A DNA stretch of 64,000 nt from Balanoglossus misakiensis (lineage: Eukaryota > Animalia > Hemichordata). Numbering within the stretch: position 1 is the first letter of the stretch; each line of letters opens with the position of its first letter. The stretch covers positions 11,545,477 through 11,609,476 of the forward strand of contig CM082593.2 of the NCBI GenBank assembly GCA_040954595.2, written 5' to 3'. The notes beneath the pieces were generated by a model, which had not been told where the DNA came from, ran no database searches, and saw only the letters and a program-made list of their open reading frames with translations. The position numbers and the translations under genes are program-made. Shown here piece after piece: positions 40,893-53,200 of this stretch.

Positions 40893-43800
40893 ATTGTGAC
40901 GGAAACCCGGGCGTTCCGCCTATTGAAAACCGGTAGCGCAGACGGACCCGCTCGAGCCTCTCACAAACAGCGCTGTCTTCACACGCAGCGGTAGGAACTC
41001 GCCGGAAAGCAAGCGTCTCGTCGAAGAAATCTGCCCACACCGAGCAGCTGAGGTAAACACGTCTCAGATCTCGCGATCGGTGACCAGGGGCCGGCTATCC
41101 GGGAGGGATAAAACAGGACTAAACGGGGCCGAAACCGGGGTTCCTTCCTCAACAGATCCACGCCAAAACTCTCCAAAACAACATGGTTGCAGGCTAAAAA
41201 CGAGGCTAAACATGTGACCCAGAACGCACTTCTGATTGGTGTAGATACACCAAGGGCAAGATGGGGAAACCCTTCTATCCTTGTCAATCATACAAGACAG
41301 CCCAAAACGGTCTCCATGGTAACACCACCACGACAGTGAAGCCATAGAAAAACAACATGCCAAATAATAAATCACATGGAATAGCAATTCCATAACAATA
41401 AAGTGCCGGGGCATCAGCCGTGCCAGGCCGAAGGAAATGTGAGTAGATCAACGTGGTCTCTGTACGCGTGTTTCTGCTCTAGAGTGCCAGGGCTTTAGCC
41501 AAGCCATGCCGTAGGAAATCTGACTTAATCAACGTTGCTAACGAACGCTAGTGTCTGTCATAGTGTGCCGGGGTTTTAGTCGAGCCAAGCCGTAGGAGAT
41601 CAGACTTGATCAACGCGGTCTCTGTACGCGTGTTTCCGCTCTAAAGTGCCGGGGCTTCAGCTAAACCAGGCCGTAGGAAATCCGACGTAATCACCGTTGA
41701 TAACTTACGCCAGTCTGTGTCATATAGAGCCGGTGCACCAGCGGAGTCATGCCGTAGGAAATCTGACTTGATCAACGTGGTCAATGTACGCCTGTTTCTG
41801 CTCTAGAGTGCCGGGGCTTCAGCTGAGCCAGGCCGTAGGAAACCCGACGTGATTACCGTTGTTAACTTACGCCAGTCTGTGTCCTATATATAGTGCCGGG
41901 GCATCAGCCGTGCCAGGCCGCAGGAAATGTGAGTAGATCAACGTGGTCTCTGTACGAGTGTTTCTGCTCTTGAGTGCCAGGGTTTTAGCCAAGCCATGCC
42001 GTAGGAAATATGACTTGATCAACGTTGCTAACGAACGCTAGTGTCTGTCATAGTGTGCCGGGGTTTTAGTCGAGCCAAGCCGTAGGAGATCAGACTTGAT
42101 CAACGTGGTCTCTGTACGCGTGTTTCTGCTCTAGAGTGCCGGGGCTTTATCCAAGCCATGCCGTAGAAAATCTGACTTGATCACCGTTGCTAACGTACGC
42201 TAGTGTCTGTCAAATTGTGACGGAGATTTAGCCGAGCCAGGCCGTAGAAAAATCGACTTGTTCAACGTTACCAGTGTGCAACTGTTTCTGCTCTAGAGTG
42301 TCAGGGTTTTAGCCCACTTAAGCTGTAGGAAATCTGAGTTGATGGACGGGAATTCAATGTTAGAAAACCCGTGTGGAAAGTATCTCTACCCGTTTGAAAC
42401 TAAGAAAAGAATTTATTCTTATTTATTTTGTAAAAAAGACAATTTTTCGAAAAAAGTCGAAAATGGTAATTTTGTCTTGGGTGATTCAAATTATACCGCC
42501 TTTTCTGGAATTTGCAGCTCTTTTTACAAGAGAACGACACTTCATGCTCCATAATATTTCCGAAAATGAAGAAAAGAGTTAATTTTTTATGATTTTTTAA
42601 ACATTTACCATTTTTGTCAAAATATGGCCAAAATGGCTATTTTTTCTTGAATTCCGTCAATATCTCTGCATTTTTGGAGTGGTCGAAAGTTTTAACATAC
42701 AATCAACATGTCATATATGATCAGGGCACCAAATTCGAAGAACAAAGGTTTTTTTATTTTTCTAAAAATGACATTTTCAAGGAAAATTTGGTAAAACGCA
42801 ATTTTGTCTGCAGTGAGACAAATTAGACGGTCTTTTGTGGAATTTGTATCGATATATACATACGAAGAGCATTCTATACTCCATCAGATTTCCGAAAATG
42901 TAGAAAACAGGTATTTTTTGTAATTTTCAAAAATTTACCATTTTGACCAAATTGTGGCTAAAATTGTTATTTTCGTGTTGAATGCCGCCAGTGTCCCTGC
43001 TTTTAAAAGTCATAAAAACGTTTAACATACAAGCAATTGTTTATATATGATCAGGTCACCGTATTAAAAAAATAAAGAATGTTTTGCCTAAAAATTACCT
43101 TTTTTGGTGCAAAAACGAATAAAACGCAATTTTGTATTAAATCAGCTCACTCAGAGTGCATTTTTTATAATCAGCACCATTTTTACATATAATGGAAATT
43201 TCATACATCATCAGATATCCAAATATGAAAAAATGATTTAGATTTTAGATGATTGTCCAAAATTAGCTGATATCTAATAAATGTAGTATTGAACCGTTCT
43301 GTCCCCCCCCCCTACATTATATGCGGTCCGCCGATGTCAGCTTACCCGGCAGTACTGCAGGCCGTGCCCCCAACTAACGTCGGTGTTAGAAACGCCCTGG
43401 TTAAATTCGGGCTTTCTCTATAAATTGACAGGCAATAATGCAGTCCTACCCGAACAAATGTCGAGTGTTGACCCGCTGTGACTTTCCCTCTTCGGTTTGC
43501 CCGACTTAGATAACGTCTTTGTACTAGAGTCTCGGGTCTTTTGCAGAGTTAGGCCGAAGGAAATCCGACTTGATCACCGTTGCTAACGAACGCTAGTGTC
43601 TATCATGGTGTGCCGGGGTTTTAGTCGAGCCAGGCCGTAGGAGATCTGACTTGATCATCGTGGTCAATGTACGCGTGTTTCCGCTCTAAAGTGCCGGGGC
43701 TTCAGCTAAACCAGGCCGTAGGAAATCCGACGAAATCACCGTTGATAACTTACGCCAGTCTGTGTCATATAGAGCCGGTGCACCAGCCGAGTCACGCCGT

Positions 43801-46800
43801 AGGAAATCTGACTTCATCAACGTGGTCAATGTACGCCTGTTTCTGCTCTAGAGTGCCGGGGCTTCAGCTGATCCAGGCCGTAGGAAACCCGACGTGATTA
43901 CCGTTGTTAACTTACGCCAGTCTGTGTCCTATATATAGTGCCGGGGCATCAGCCGTGCCGGCCTAAGGAAATGTGAGTAGATCAATGTGGTCTCTGTACG
44001 CGTGTTTCTGCTCTAGAGTGCCAGGGCTTTAGCCAAGCCATGCCGTAGGAAATCTGACTTGATCAACGTTGCTAACGAACGCTAGTTTCTGTCATAGTGT
44101 GCCGGGGTTTTAGTCGAGCCAAGCCGTAGGAGATCTGACTTGATCATCGTGGTCAATGTACGCGTGTTTCCGCTCTAAAGTGCCGGGGCTTCAGCTAAAC
44201 CAGGCCGTAGGAAATCCGACGTAATCACCGTTGATAACTTACGCCAGTCTGTGTCATATAGAGCCGGTGCACCAGCGGAGTCATGCCGTAGGAAATCTGA
44301 CTTGATCAACGTGGTCAATGTACGCCTGTTTCTGCTCTAGAGTGCCGGGGCTTCAGCTGAGCCAGGCCGTAGGAAACCCGACGTGATTACCGTTGTTAAC
44401 TTACGCCAGTCCGTGTCCTATGTATAGTGCCGGGGCATCAGCCGTGCCAGGCCGCAGGAAATGTGAGTAGATCAACGTGGTCTCTGTACGCGTGTTTCTG
44501 CTCTAGAGTGCCAGGGCTTTAGCCAAGCCATGCCGTAGGAAAACTGACTTGATCAACGTTGCTAACGAACGCTAGTGTCTGTCATAGTGTGCCGGGGTTT
44601 TAGTCGAACCAAGCTGTAGGAGATCAGACTTGATCAACGTGGTCTCTGTACGCGTGTTTCTGCTCTAGAGTGCCGGGGCTTTATCCAAGCCATGCCGTAG
44701 AAAATCTGACTTGATCACCGTTGCTAACGTACGCTAGTGTCTGTCATATTGTGACGGAGATTTAGCCGAGCCAGGCCGTAGAAAAATCGACTTGTTCAAC
44801 GTTATCAGTGTGCAACTGTTTCTGCTCTAGAGTGTCAGGGTTTTAGCCGACTTATGCTGTAGGAAATCTGAGTTGATGAACGGGAATTCAATGTTAGAAA
44901 ACCCGTGTGGAAAGTATCTCTACCCGTTTGAAACTAAGAAAATAATTTTTTTCTTATTTATTTTGTAAAAAAGACAATTTTTCGATAAAAAGTCGAAAAT
45001 GGTAATTTTGTCTTGGGTGATTCAAATTATACCGCCTTTTCTGGAATTTGCAGCACTTTTTACAAGAGAACGACACTTCATGCTCCATAATATTTTCGAA
45101 AATGAAGAAAAGAGTTAATTTTTATGATTTTTTAAAAATTTATCATTTTTGTCAAAATATGGCCAAAATGGCTTTTTTTCTTGAATTCCGTCAATATCTC
45201 TGCATTTTTGGAGTGGTCGAAAGTTTTAACATACAATCAACATGTCATATATGATCAGGGCACCAAATTCGAAGAAAAAAGGTTTTTTTATTTTTTTTTC
45301 TAAAAATGACATTTTCAAGGAAAATTTGGTATAAAGCAATTGTGTCTGCAGTGAGCCAAATTAGACGGTCTTTTGTGGAATTTGTATCGATATATACATA
45401 CGAAGAGCATTCTATACTCCATCAGATTTCCGAAAATGTAGAAAACAGGTATTTTTGTAATTTTCAAAAATTTACCATGTTGACCAAATTGTGGCTAAAA
45501 TTTTTATTTTCGTGTTGAATGCCGCCAGTGTCACTGCTTTTAAAAGTCATAAAAACTTTTAACATACAAGCAATTGTTTATATATGATCAGGTCACCGAA
45601 TTAAAAAAAATAAAGAATGTTTTGCCTAAAAATGACCTTTTTGGTGCAAAAACGAATAAAACGCAATTTTGTATTAAATCAACTCATTCAGAGTGCATTT
45701 TTTATAATCAGCACCATTTATACATATAATGGAAATTTCATACATCATCAGATATCCAAATATGAAAAAATGATTTAGATTTTAGATGATTGTCCAAAAT
45801 TAGCTGATATCTAATAAATGTAGTATTGAACCGTTCTGTTCCCCCCCCCCCCCACATTATATGCGGTCCGCCGATGTCAGCTTACCCGGCAGTACTGCAG
45901 GCCGTGCCCCCAACTAACGTCGGTGTTTGAAAAACCCTGGTTAAATTCGGGCTTTCTCTATAAATTTACGGGCAATAATGCAGTCCTACCCGAACAAATG
46001 TCGAGTGTTGACCCGCTGTGACTTTCCCTCTACGTTTTGCCCGACTTAGCCAACGTCTTTGTACTAGAGTGTCGGGTCTTTTGCAGAGCCAGGCCGAAAG
46101 AAATCCGACTTGATCACCGTTGCTAACGAACGCTAGTGTCTGTCATGGTGTGCCGGGGTTTCAGTCGAGCCAAGCCGTAGGAAATCAGACTTGATCAACG
46201 TGGTCTCTGTACGCGTGTTTCCGCTCTAAATTGCCGGGGCTTCAGCTAAACCAGGCCGTAGGAAATCCGACGGAATAACCGTTGATAACTTACGCCAGTC
46301 TGTGTCATATAGAGCCGGTGCAACAGCCGAGTCACGCCATAGGAAATCTGACTTGATCAACGTGGTCAATGTACACTGCAAATTCTTCTGGCTTTCCTGC
46401 AAGCTAAATTCAAGCCAAATTCAAACCGGCTTGTTTGTCGCAAATCGGCTTCTTTCGTTTCTTCAAATTTGGCTTGATTTTGGCTTGAATTTAGCTTGCT
46501 GAGTTGCCGTTTTATATAACTTACCGGCTTGCTGATAGACCACAGCAAATTTAATGAGTGGTGTGTAGGCCAACCATAGTAATGAAATATGGCTTGCTGG
46601 CCTGCCATTCTATTCAGCAAATGAGCTTGAAGACACACCGATTCATTATCCAGTGGTTTGTCAACAAACCATCACAAATCTAAGGGGTTTGTATATAAAC
46701 CAATGAATATATTATGATGGCTTGCATGTAAGCCACTTTCTAAAACAATGGCTTGCCAACAAACCGTCGAATAATACAAGGGGGTTGTACGTAAACCCTT

Positions 46801-48054
46801 AAAATTTACATTGGCTTGTCTGAAAGCCAACTTCTACTTAAAACTGGTGTGCTAGCAAACCAAACATGAATCACTTCAGTTTGCCAGCAAACCAAAAATT
46901 AGCATTTCCTGGTTTGCTGACAAACTGAGAATGCTTGAGCAGTGGTTTAAAAATCAGCCACTCTGCTTGGGCTTTGGCATGTATACAAACCATTCTTACA
47001 CAGAATGCAGTTTGTAAGCAAGCCAAACATTTGAATTGCATGTTTTGCTTCTGTTTACCTAAAAGCTATAGTTATAAATTTGGGCCATTTTTAGCATTTT
47101 TGCTCTTTCAAGTGACTGCAGTTTCTTGTTCAACTCACCAAAGCATGATGCAATGCCATTTACTAGATTCTATACACTGCCATAATTGTACAATCAGCAA
47201 TTGTCAAAAAACATAATTTTAGTCCAGACCTGAACTCATTTGCAAAGGCCAAAGTTGAGATCCCGAACCTGGGCAGTTAATCATGCTTTAAGGAGTAGAA
47301 CAGAAATAAGGAGTCGATACACTGAACAAAAATACATAAAAAATAGCCCAAAGTTAGTTACTATGCCCTTAAATAACTTGGTCTTGAAGCATAACATGTG
47401 TCATAATGTGCAGCATCTTAGTACTCCACAGTCAATGGTATGTTAACCTGTCAAAAAAGCACACCGAGAAAGATCTTTTTTGGTCAATCATTATTATTGT
47501 AATGACAATGTAAGAAAAAAGGAAAAACGGTAAATACATGGTATTATGTAAATCAAATGAATTAACCCCATAAATGATAGAAAATATATACAATAAAACT
47601 TTTATCTCATTTTCCGTTCAAGTGGTTAGGGAAAATCATTTCAATCCATCAAAAATGCCTCATTTTTTTAATCTACTGTTTGTCAAAACTGACATGAATA
47701 CAGATTTCAAAGTCACCATTAAGTGTGGAAAAGTACTTTTAAATCCTCCTTTATATGCATTTGAGTATTGGAGTCATGGCAGTAGCCTTGAGTATCTTCT
47801 TCCTTACTATGAAACTTCGTCTTCTTTCAATGGGAAACACTCTCAAATAGTGAAAAACAAAAAGAGAAAACAATCTTGTTAGAAATTAACATGAGTGTAT
47901 ATTAGATACAATTTCCAGCATGAAAACAACACATAACACATATGTACACAAGAAAATATGACAATGACTCGTATGAGACATACTCAACAAAAGAAGATAG
48001 TGTCTCTCTATTTATCAATGGGGAATGACCATGAGACTGACACACATACCACAA

Positions 48055-48449
48055 AACACTACGATATGGTGCCATCCTACTGTTATAGGCATCATCCATA
48101 TGAGAACATGAGACTGACCGATACAACACTATGATATGGTGCCATCCTACTGTTATAGGCAGCAACCATATGAGAACATGAGACTGACCGATACAACACT
48201 ACGATATGGTGCCATCCTACTGTTATAGGCAGCAACCATATGAGAACATGAGACTGACCGATACAACACTACGATATGGTGCCATCCTACTGTTATAGGC
48301 AGCAACCATATGAGAACATGAGACTGACCGATACAACACTACGATATGGTGCCATCCTACTGTTATAGGCAGCAACCATATGAGAACATGAGACTGACCG
48401 ATACAACACTACAATATGGTGCCATCCTAATGTTATAGGCAGCAACCAT
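48055..48449. repeat. 70-bp minisatellite, about 5.6 copies, inside the EnSpm element
   Basis: The unit start ACACTA(C/T)(G/A)ATATGGTGCCATCC recurs at 48056, 48126, 48196, 48266, 48336 and 48406. Confidence 0.95.
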
Positions 48450-48800
48450 GAAACACAAACATAACCATGAGATACACAGCATGTAACAAACAAGATGAAA
48501 TTGATTCAATGAGCAATGCATGAAATTTCGCACCTAGAGTTTAGTGAATTGTTTCCTTTGACTATAACTGAATACATGTTACATACATGATAACTGGACT
48601 ATATTAATAAATACAGATAGGCATGTTCCTTTAAAATTAGTTTTTAGGCATAAATAGTAAAATCTCTTCCCAAATGCAATACTGAAATTATAACCACATG
48701 GTTGGTATTTTATAATGAAGTCCCTACAAACTAAACTGTAAAGAAAACAGATGACTAGATGACAAAAATGGATATTAAAAAAATAACAAAATCTACTTAA

Positions 48801-49304
48801 AGGCACGTAAGCTGCAACTGGATAAAAAATCAATGTTTTAAATAATCTCATATATGCTTTTAATTATATCTATTAAATGCTATTTCATGATAATATATCA
48901 AGCTCAACAGTTATTTATGACAAAATGGCCAAAAATTAAAGAAAAACGAAAATTCCTGAAATTTTTTAAAAAGTGCAATATTGCAATGAAAAATGAAAAT
49001 CTGATGTCTCAGTGGTGTACGTTTACTTCCATGAGCTCAAGTGGATGAGATCATGTTTTGTTTATGAAGTTTCACAACCTGAAATGCGACATTTTCATTG
49101 TTTCTTTCATTTTCCCACGGTGGCGGCCATAATCGCTTGCGGCAAAGCTTTATTATTTATCTGGTTAAAACTTGCATATGCACTCATATTTAGGGTTTAT
49201 CATGCTTGTGTATAGTTCACTGCCTTCATCTGCATGGACTAATGGTAGTGCAGTGTGAAACAAAAATTATGAAAATTATCCCAAAAGTTACAGCTTACGT
49301 GCCT
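48801..49304. mobile_element. Kolobok-family MITE (504 bp)
   Basis: TTAA TSD at 48797-48800 and 49305-49308. 19-bp TIR AGGCACGTAAGCTG(C/T)AACT with 1 mismatch. Confidence 0.9.
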
Positions 49305-49719
49305 TTAATTATACATACCGTGTATGCTTCAACATAAATGGTACTTGTTGACTTTTTCATATTTTTGTGGTGCCTAATAAAATAACAACTGCTCCTTCCC
49401 ATAACCAGTATCACCACTCCTGCAAAACCAAGATCATTTATTTCATTCTTATGCAAATATCTGGGGTTCAATTAAAGTAGGAATCATTATTGTTACAAAT
49501 CGCAGGCATGCAGGGGTTAAATAATCCTGTGGTCCGAGATCATGGTTTATCAAAAAAAAATTATTCAGCCAATGATTTAAATATTATGGGTATCCATTGA
49601 TATAGTATTGGAACACAAAACAACATTTTTATTGCGGTTACCCCCCCCCCCCCCATGTTGACTTCCACTGCCACTAGCCCCACTCGAAGCTTCATATATT
49701 TGAAATATCTCTCGATCTA

Positions 49720-50230
49720 CAAATGATCAATACAGTATAGATATTATTACATATTTTGAATTATCTTGACTAGTAAAAGTGCATAAACAAACATGAATGG
49801 GGATGTAGGCTGCCAATAGCAAGCATGGTGAAATTCCTAGGCTATGGCGCTATAGGGCCCCACTCCGGAGCTGCATTAAAAAAATTCTTTTGATTTGCTC
49901 AGACTTTTTTATAACCATCCACACATGATCAATGCAGTATATAAAGGATTCAGGCCTTTTAATAGTGACATACTTTGCATCGTCTTCGCTCACAAAAATG
50001 CATGAACAAAAATGAACGGGGATGGAGGCTGAAAATAGCAAGAATAATGAAATTCCTTTGGGGCCCCTTTATGCTGTCAAACTTTTGACATTACTTCTTC
50101 TCACATGCTTTTCAGCTATCATCAACACATGATCAAGTCAGTATATACAGGATTCGGGCCTGTTAATTTTGTATTATCTTCACTGCTCGCAAAAATGCAG
50201 TTACTGTCACAAAATGGAATGGAAGCAGGA
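49720..50230. repeat. Diverged ~200-bp tandem repeat, about 2.5 copies
   Basis: CA(C/A)ATGATCAA..CAGTATA...AAAA(G/A)TGCA recurs at about 49720, 49922 and 50126. Confidence 0.6.
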
Positions 50231-53200
50231 CTTACCCCAACCGCCATTGTTCTATGTTAACGGTCTCGTAGATGCTGGCGGTCAACTGCTAAGTCATCAG
50301 ATGTCATCCTTCCATAACGATGCTCGGTGCCAAAGTAATTATCCACGCATATGGTATTTCGGTTCTACCTTAGGAACAGGTTGAGTGCATTGTAAATCGC
50401 TGAACGAATTTTATAAAGGGAACGACGTGATTCGATCGGCTTCCTCACCCGTGGACCGTCTTCTCTCGCGTCAAAACGTTGTAGTTGTGTAATAAATAAC
50501 CTTTGACCCTGCATTCGCGCGCCAAATCAGGGTATTTCGCAAGACATTGTGCCCAGCGTGGCGTGTATATGAACCACATCCTGGCAAAGTTTTCCATGGC
50601 GTGTTTTCAAACCATACTTACATCTTTTTATGGTTTGAAAAGCGACCACTAACTCCAACGGCTTAAAATGCAGCCAAGGTTAAATATGGTACAAATTCGA
50701 GCCAGACATAAGTATCACTAAAGTTTGCGAGCAAACCAGAGATTTTGTTCAATGGCTTAATAATAAGCCATTCCAGACAGGTTGTCCAGCGGCGTATTTA
50801 CAAACCATTTTTCTAACATTGACTGGCTTGCTGGCACACACCAGAAAATTTAGCGGCTTGTGGAAATACCGAAGTTTCGGCAAGTATGACGAGGTGGCTT
50901 GTCAGCAAACCCGAATGGCTTGAGTACAAACCGGCTTGTTTTTGCAGAATTTGCAGTGTACGCCTGTTTCTGCTCTAGAGTGCCGGGGCGTCAGCTGAGC
51001 CAGGCCGTAGGAAACCCGACGTGATTACCGTTGTTAACTTACGCCAGTCTGTGTCCTATATATAGTGCCGGGGCATCAGCCGTGCCAGGCCGAAGGAAAT
51101 GTGAGTAGATCAACGTGGTCTCTGTACGCGTGTTTCTGCTCTAGAGTGCCAGGGCTTTAGCCAAGCCATGCCGTAGGAAATCTGACTTGATCAACGTTGC
51201 TAACGAACGCTAGTGTCTGTCATAGTGTGCCGGGGTTTTAGTCGAGCCAAGCCGTAGGAGATCAGACTTGATCAACGTGGTCTCTGTACGCGTGTTTCCG
51301 CTCTAAATTGCCGGGGCTTCAGCTAAACCAGGCCGTAGGAAATCTGACTTGATCACCGTTGCTAACGTACGCTAGTGTCTGTCATATTGTGACGGAGATT
51401 TAGCCGAGCAAGGCTGCAGAAAAATCGACTTGTTCAACGTTACCAGTGTGCAACTGTTCCTGCTCTAGAGTGTCATGGTTTTAGCCGACTTATGCTGTAG
51501 GAAATCTGAGTTGATGAACGGGAATTCAATGTTAGAAAACCCGTGTGGAAAGTGTCTCTACCCGTTTAAAACTAAGAAAAGAATTTATTCTTATTTATTT
51601 TGTAAAAAAAAAAACAATTTTTCGAAAAAAAGTCGAAAATGGTAAGTTTGTCTTGGGTGATTCACATTATACCGCCTTTTCTGGAATTTGCAGCACTTTT
51701 TACAAGAGAACGACACTTCATGCTCCATAATATTTCCGAAAATGAAGAAGAGAATTAATTTTTTAAGATTTTTTTAAAATTTACCATGTTTGTCAAAATA
51801 TGGCCAAAATGGCTATTTTTTCTTGAATTCCGTCAATATCTATGCATATTTGGAGTGGTCGAAAGTTTTAACATACAATCAACATGTCATATATGATCAG
51901 GGCACCAAATTCGAAGAACAAAGGTTTTTTTTATTTATTTTTTCTAAAAATGACATTTTCAAGGAAAACTTGGTAAAACGCAATTTTGTCTGCAGTGAGA
52001 CAAATTAGACGGTCTTTTGTGGAATTTGTATCGATATATACATACGAAGAGCATTCTATACTCCATCAGATTTCCGAAAATGTAGAAAACAGGTATTTTT
52101 TGTAATTTTCAAAAATTTACCATTTTGACCAAATTGTGGATAAAATTGTTATTTTCGTATTGAATGCCGCCAGTGTCACTGCTTTTAAAAGTCATAAAAA
52201 CTTTTAACATACAAGCAATTGTTTATATATGATCAGGTCACCGAATTAAAAAAATAAAGAATGTTTTGCCTAAAAATGACCTTTTTGGTGCAAAAACGAA
52301 TAAAACGCAATTTTGTATTAAATCAGAGTGCATTTTTTATAATCAGCACCATTTTTACATATAATGGAAATTTCATACATCATCAGATATCCAAATAATT
52401 TAGATTTTAGATGATTGTCCAAAATTAGCTGATATCTAATAAATGTAGTATTGAACCGTTCTGTTCCCCCCCCCCCCCCTACATTATATGCGGTACGCCG
52501 ATGTCAGCTTACCCGGCAGTACTGCAGGCCGTGCCCCCAACTAACGTCGTTGTTTGAAACGCCCTGGTCTAATTCGGGCTTTCTCTATAAATTGACAAGC
52601 AATAATGCAGTCCTAACCGAACAAATGTCGAGTGTTGACCCGCTGTGACTTTCCCTCTTCGGTTTGCCCGACTTAGCCAACGTCTTTGCACTAGAGTGTC
52701 GGATCTTTTGCAGAGCCAGGCCGAAGCAAATCCGACTTGATCACCGTTGCTAACGAACGCTAGTGTCTGTCATGGTGTGTCGGGGTTTTAGTCGAGCCAG
52801 GCCGTAGGAGATCTGACTTGATCATCGTGGTCAATGTACGCGTGTTTCCGATCTAAAGTGCCGGGGCTTCAGCTAAACCAGGCCGTAGGAAATCCGACGT
52901 AATCACCGTTGATAACTTACGCCAGTCTGTGTCCTATATATAGTGCCGGGGCATCAGCCGTGCCAGGCCGAAGGAAATGTGAGTAGATCAACGTGGTCTT
53001 TGTACGCGTGTTTCCGCTCTAGAGTGCAAGGGCTTTAGCCAAGCCATGCCGTAGGAAATCTGACTTGATCAACGTTGCTAACGAACGCTAGTGTCTGTCA
53101 TGGTGTGCCGGGGTTTTAGTCGAGCCAGGCCGTAGGAGATCTGACTTGATCATCGTGGTCAATGTACGCGTGTTTCCGATCTAAAGTGCCGGGGCTTCAG

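Larger units (their letters stand above)
33622..41397 (-). mobile_element. Ty3/Gypsy LTR retrotransposon, full length, frameshifted
   Basis: 503-bp TG...CA LTRs at 33622-34124 and 40895-41397. 4-bp TSD ATAT/ATAA (one mismatch). PBS at 40874-40892, G-rich PPT at about 34125-34140. Domain order PR-RT-RH-INT. Confidence 0.97.
46374..50958. mobile_element. Non-autonomous EnSpm/CACTA (CMC) DNA transposon
   Basis: Perfect 13-bp TIR CACTGCAAATTCT...AGAATTTGCAGTG and 2-bp TSD TA (46372-46373, 50959-50960). The host repeat resumes exactly. Dense subterminal GGCTTG/CAAACC motifs. No transposase ORF seen. Confidence 0.88.
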
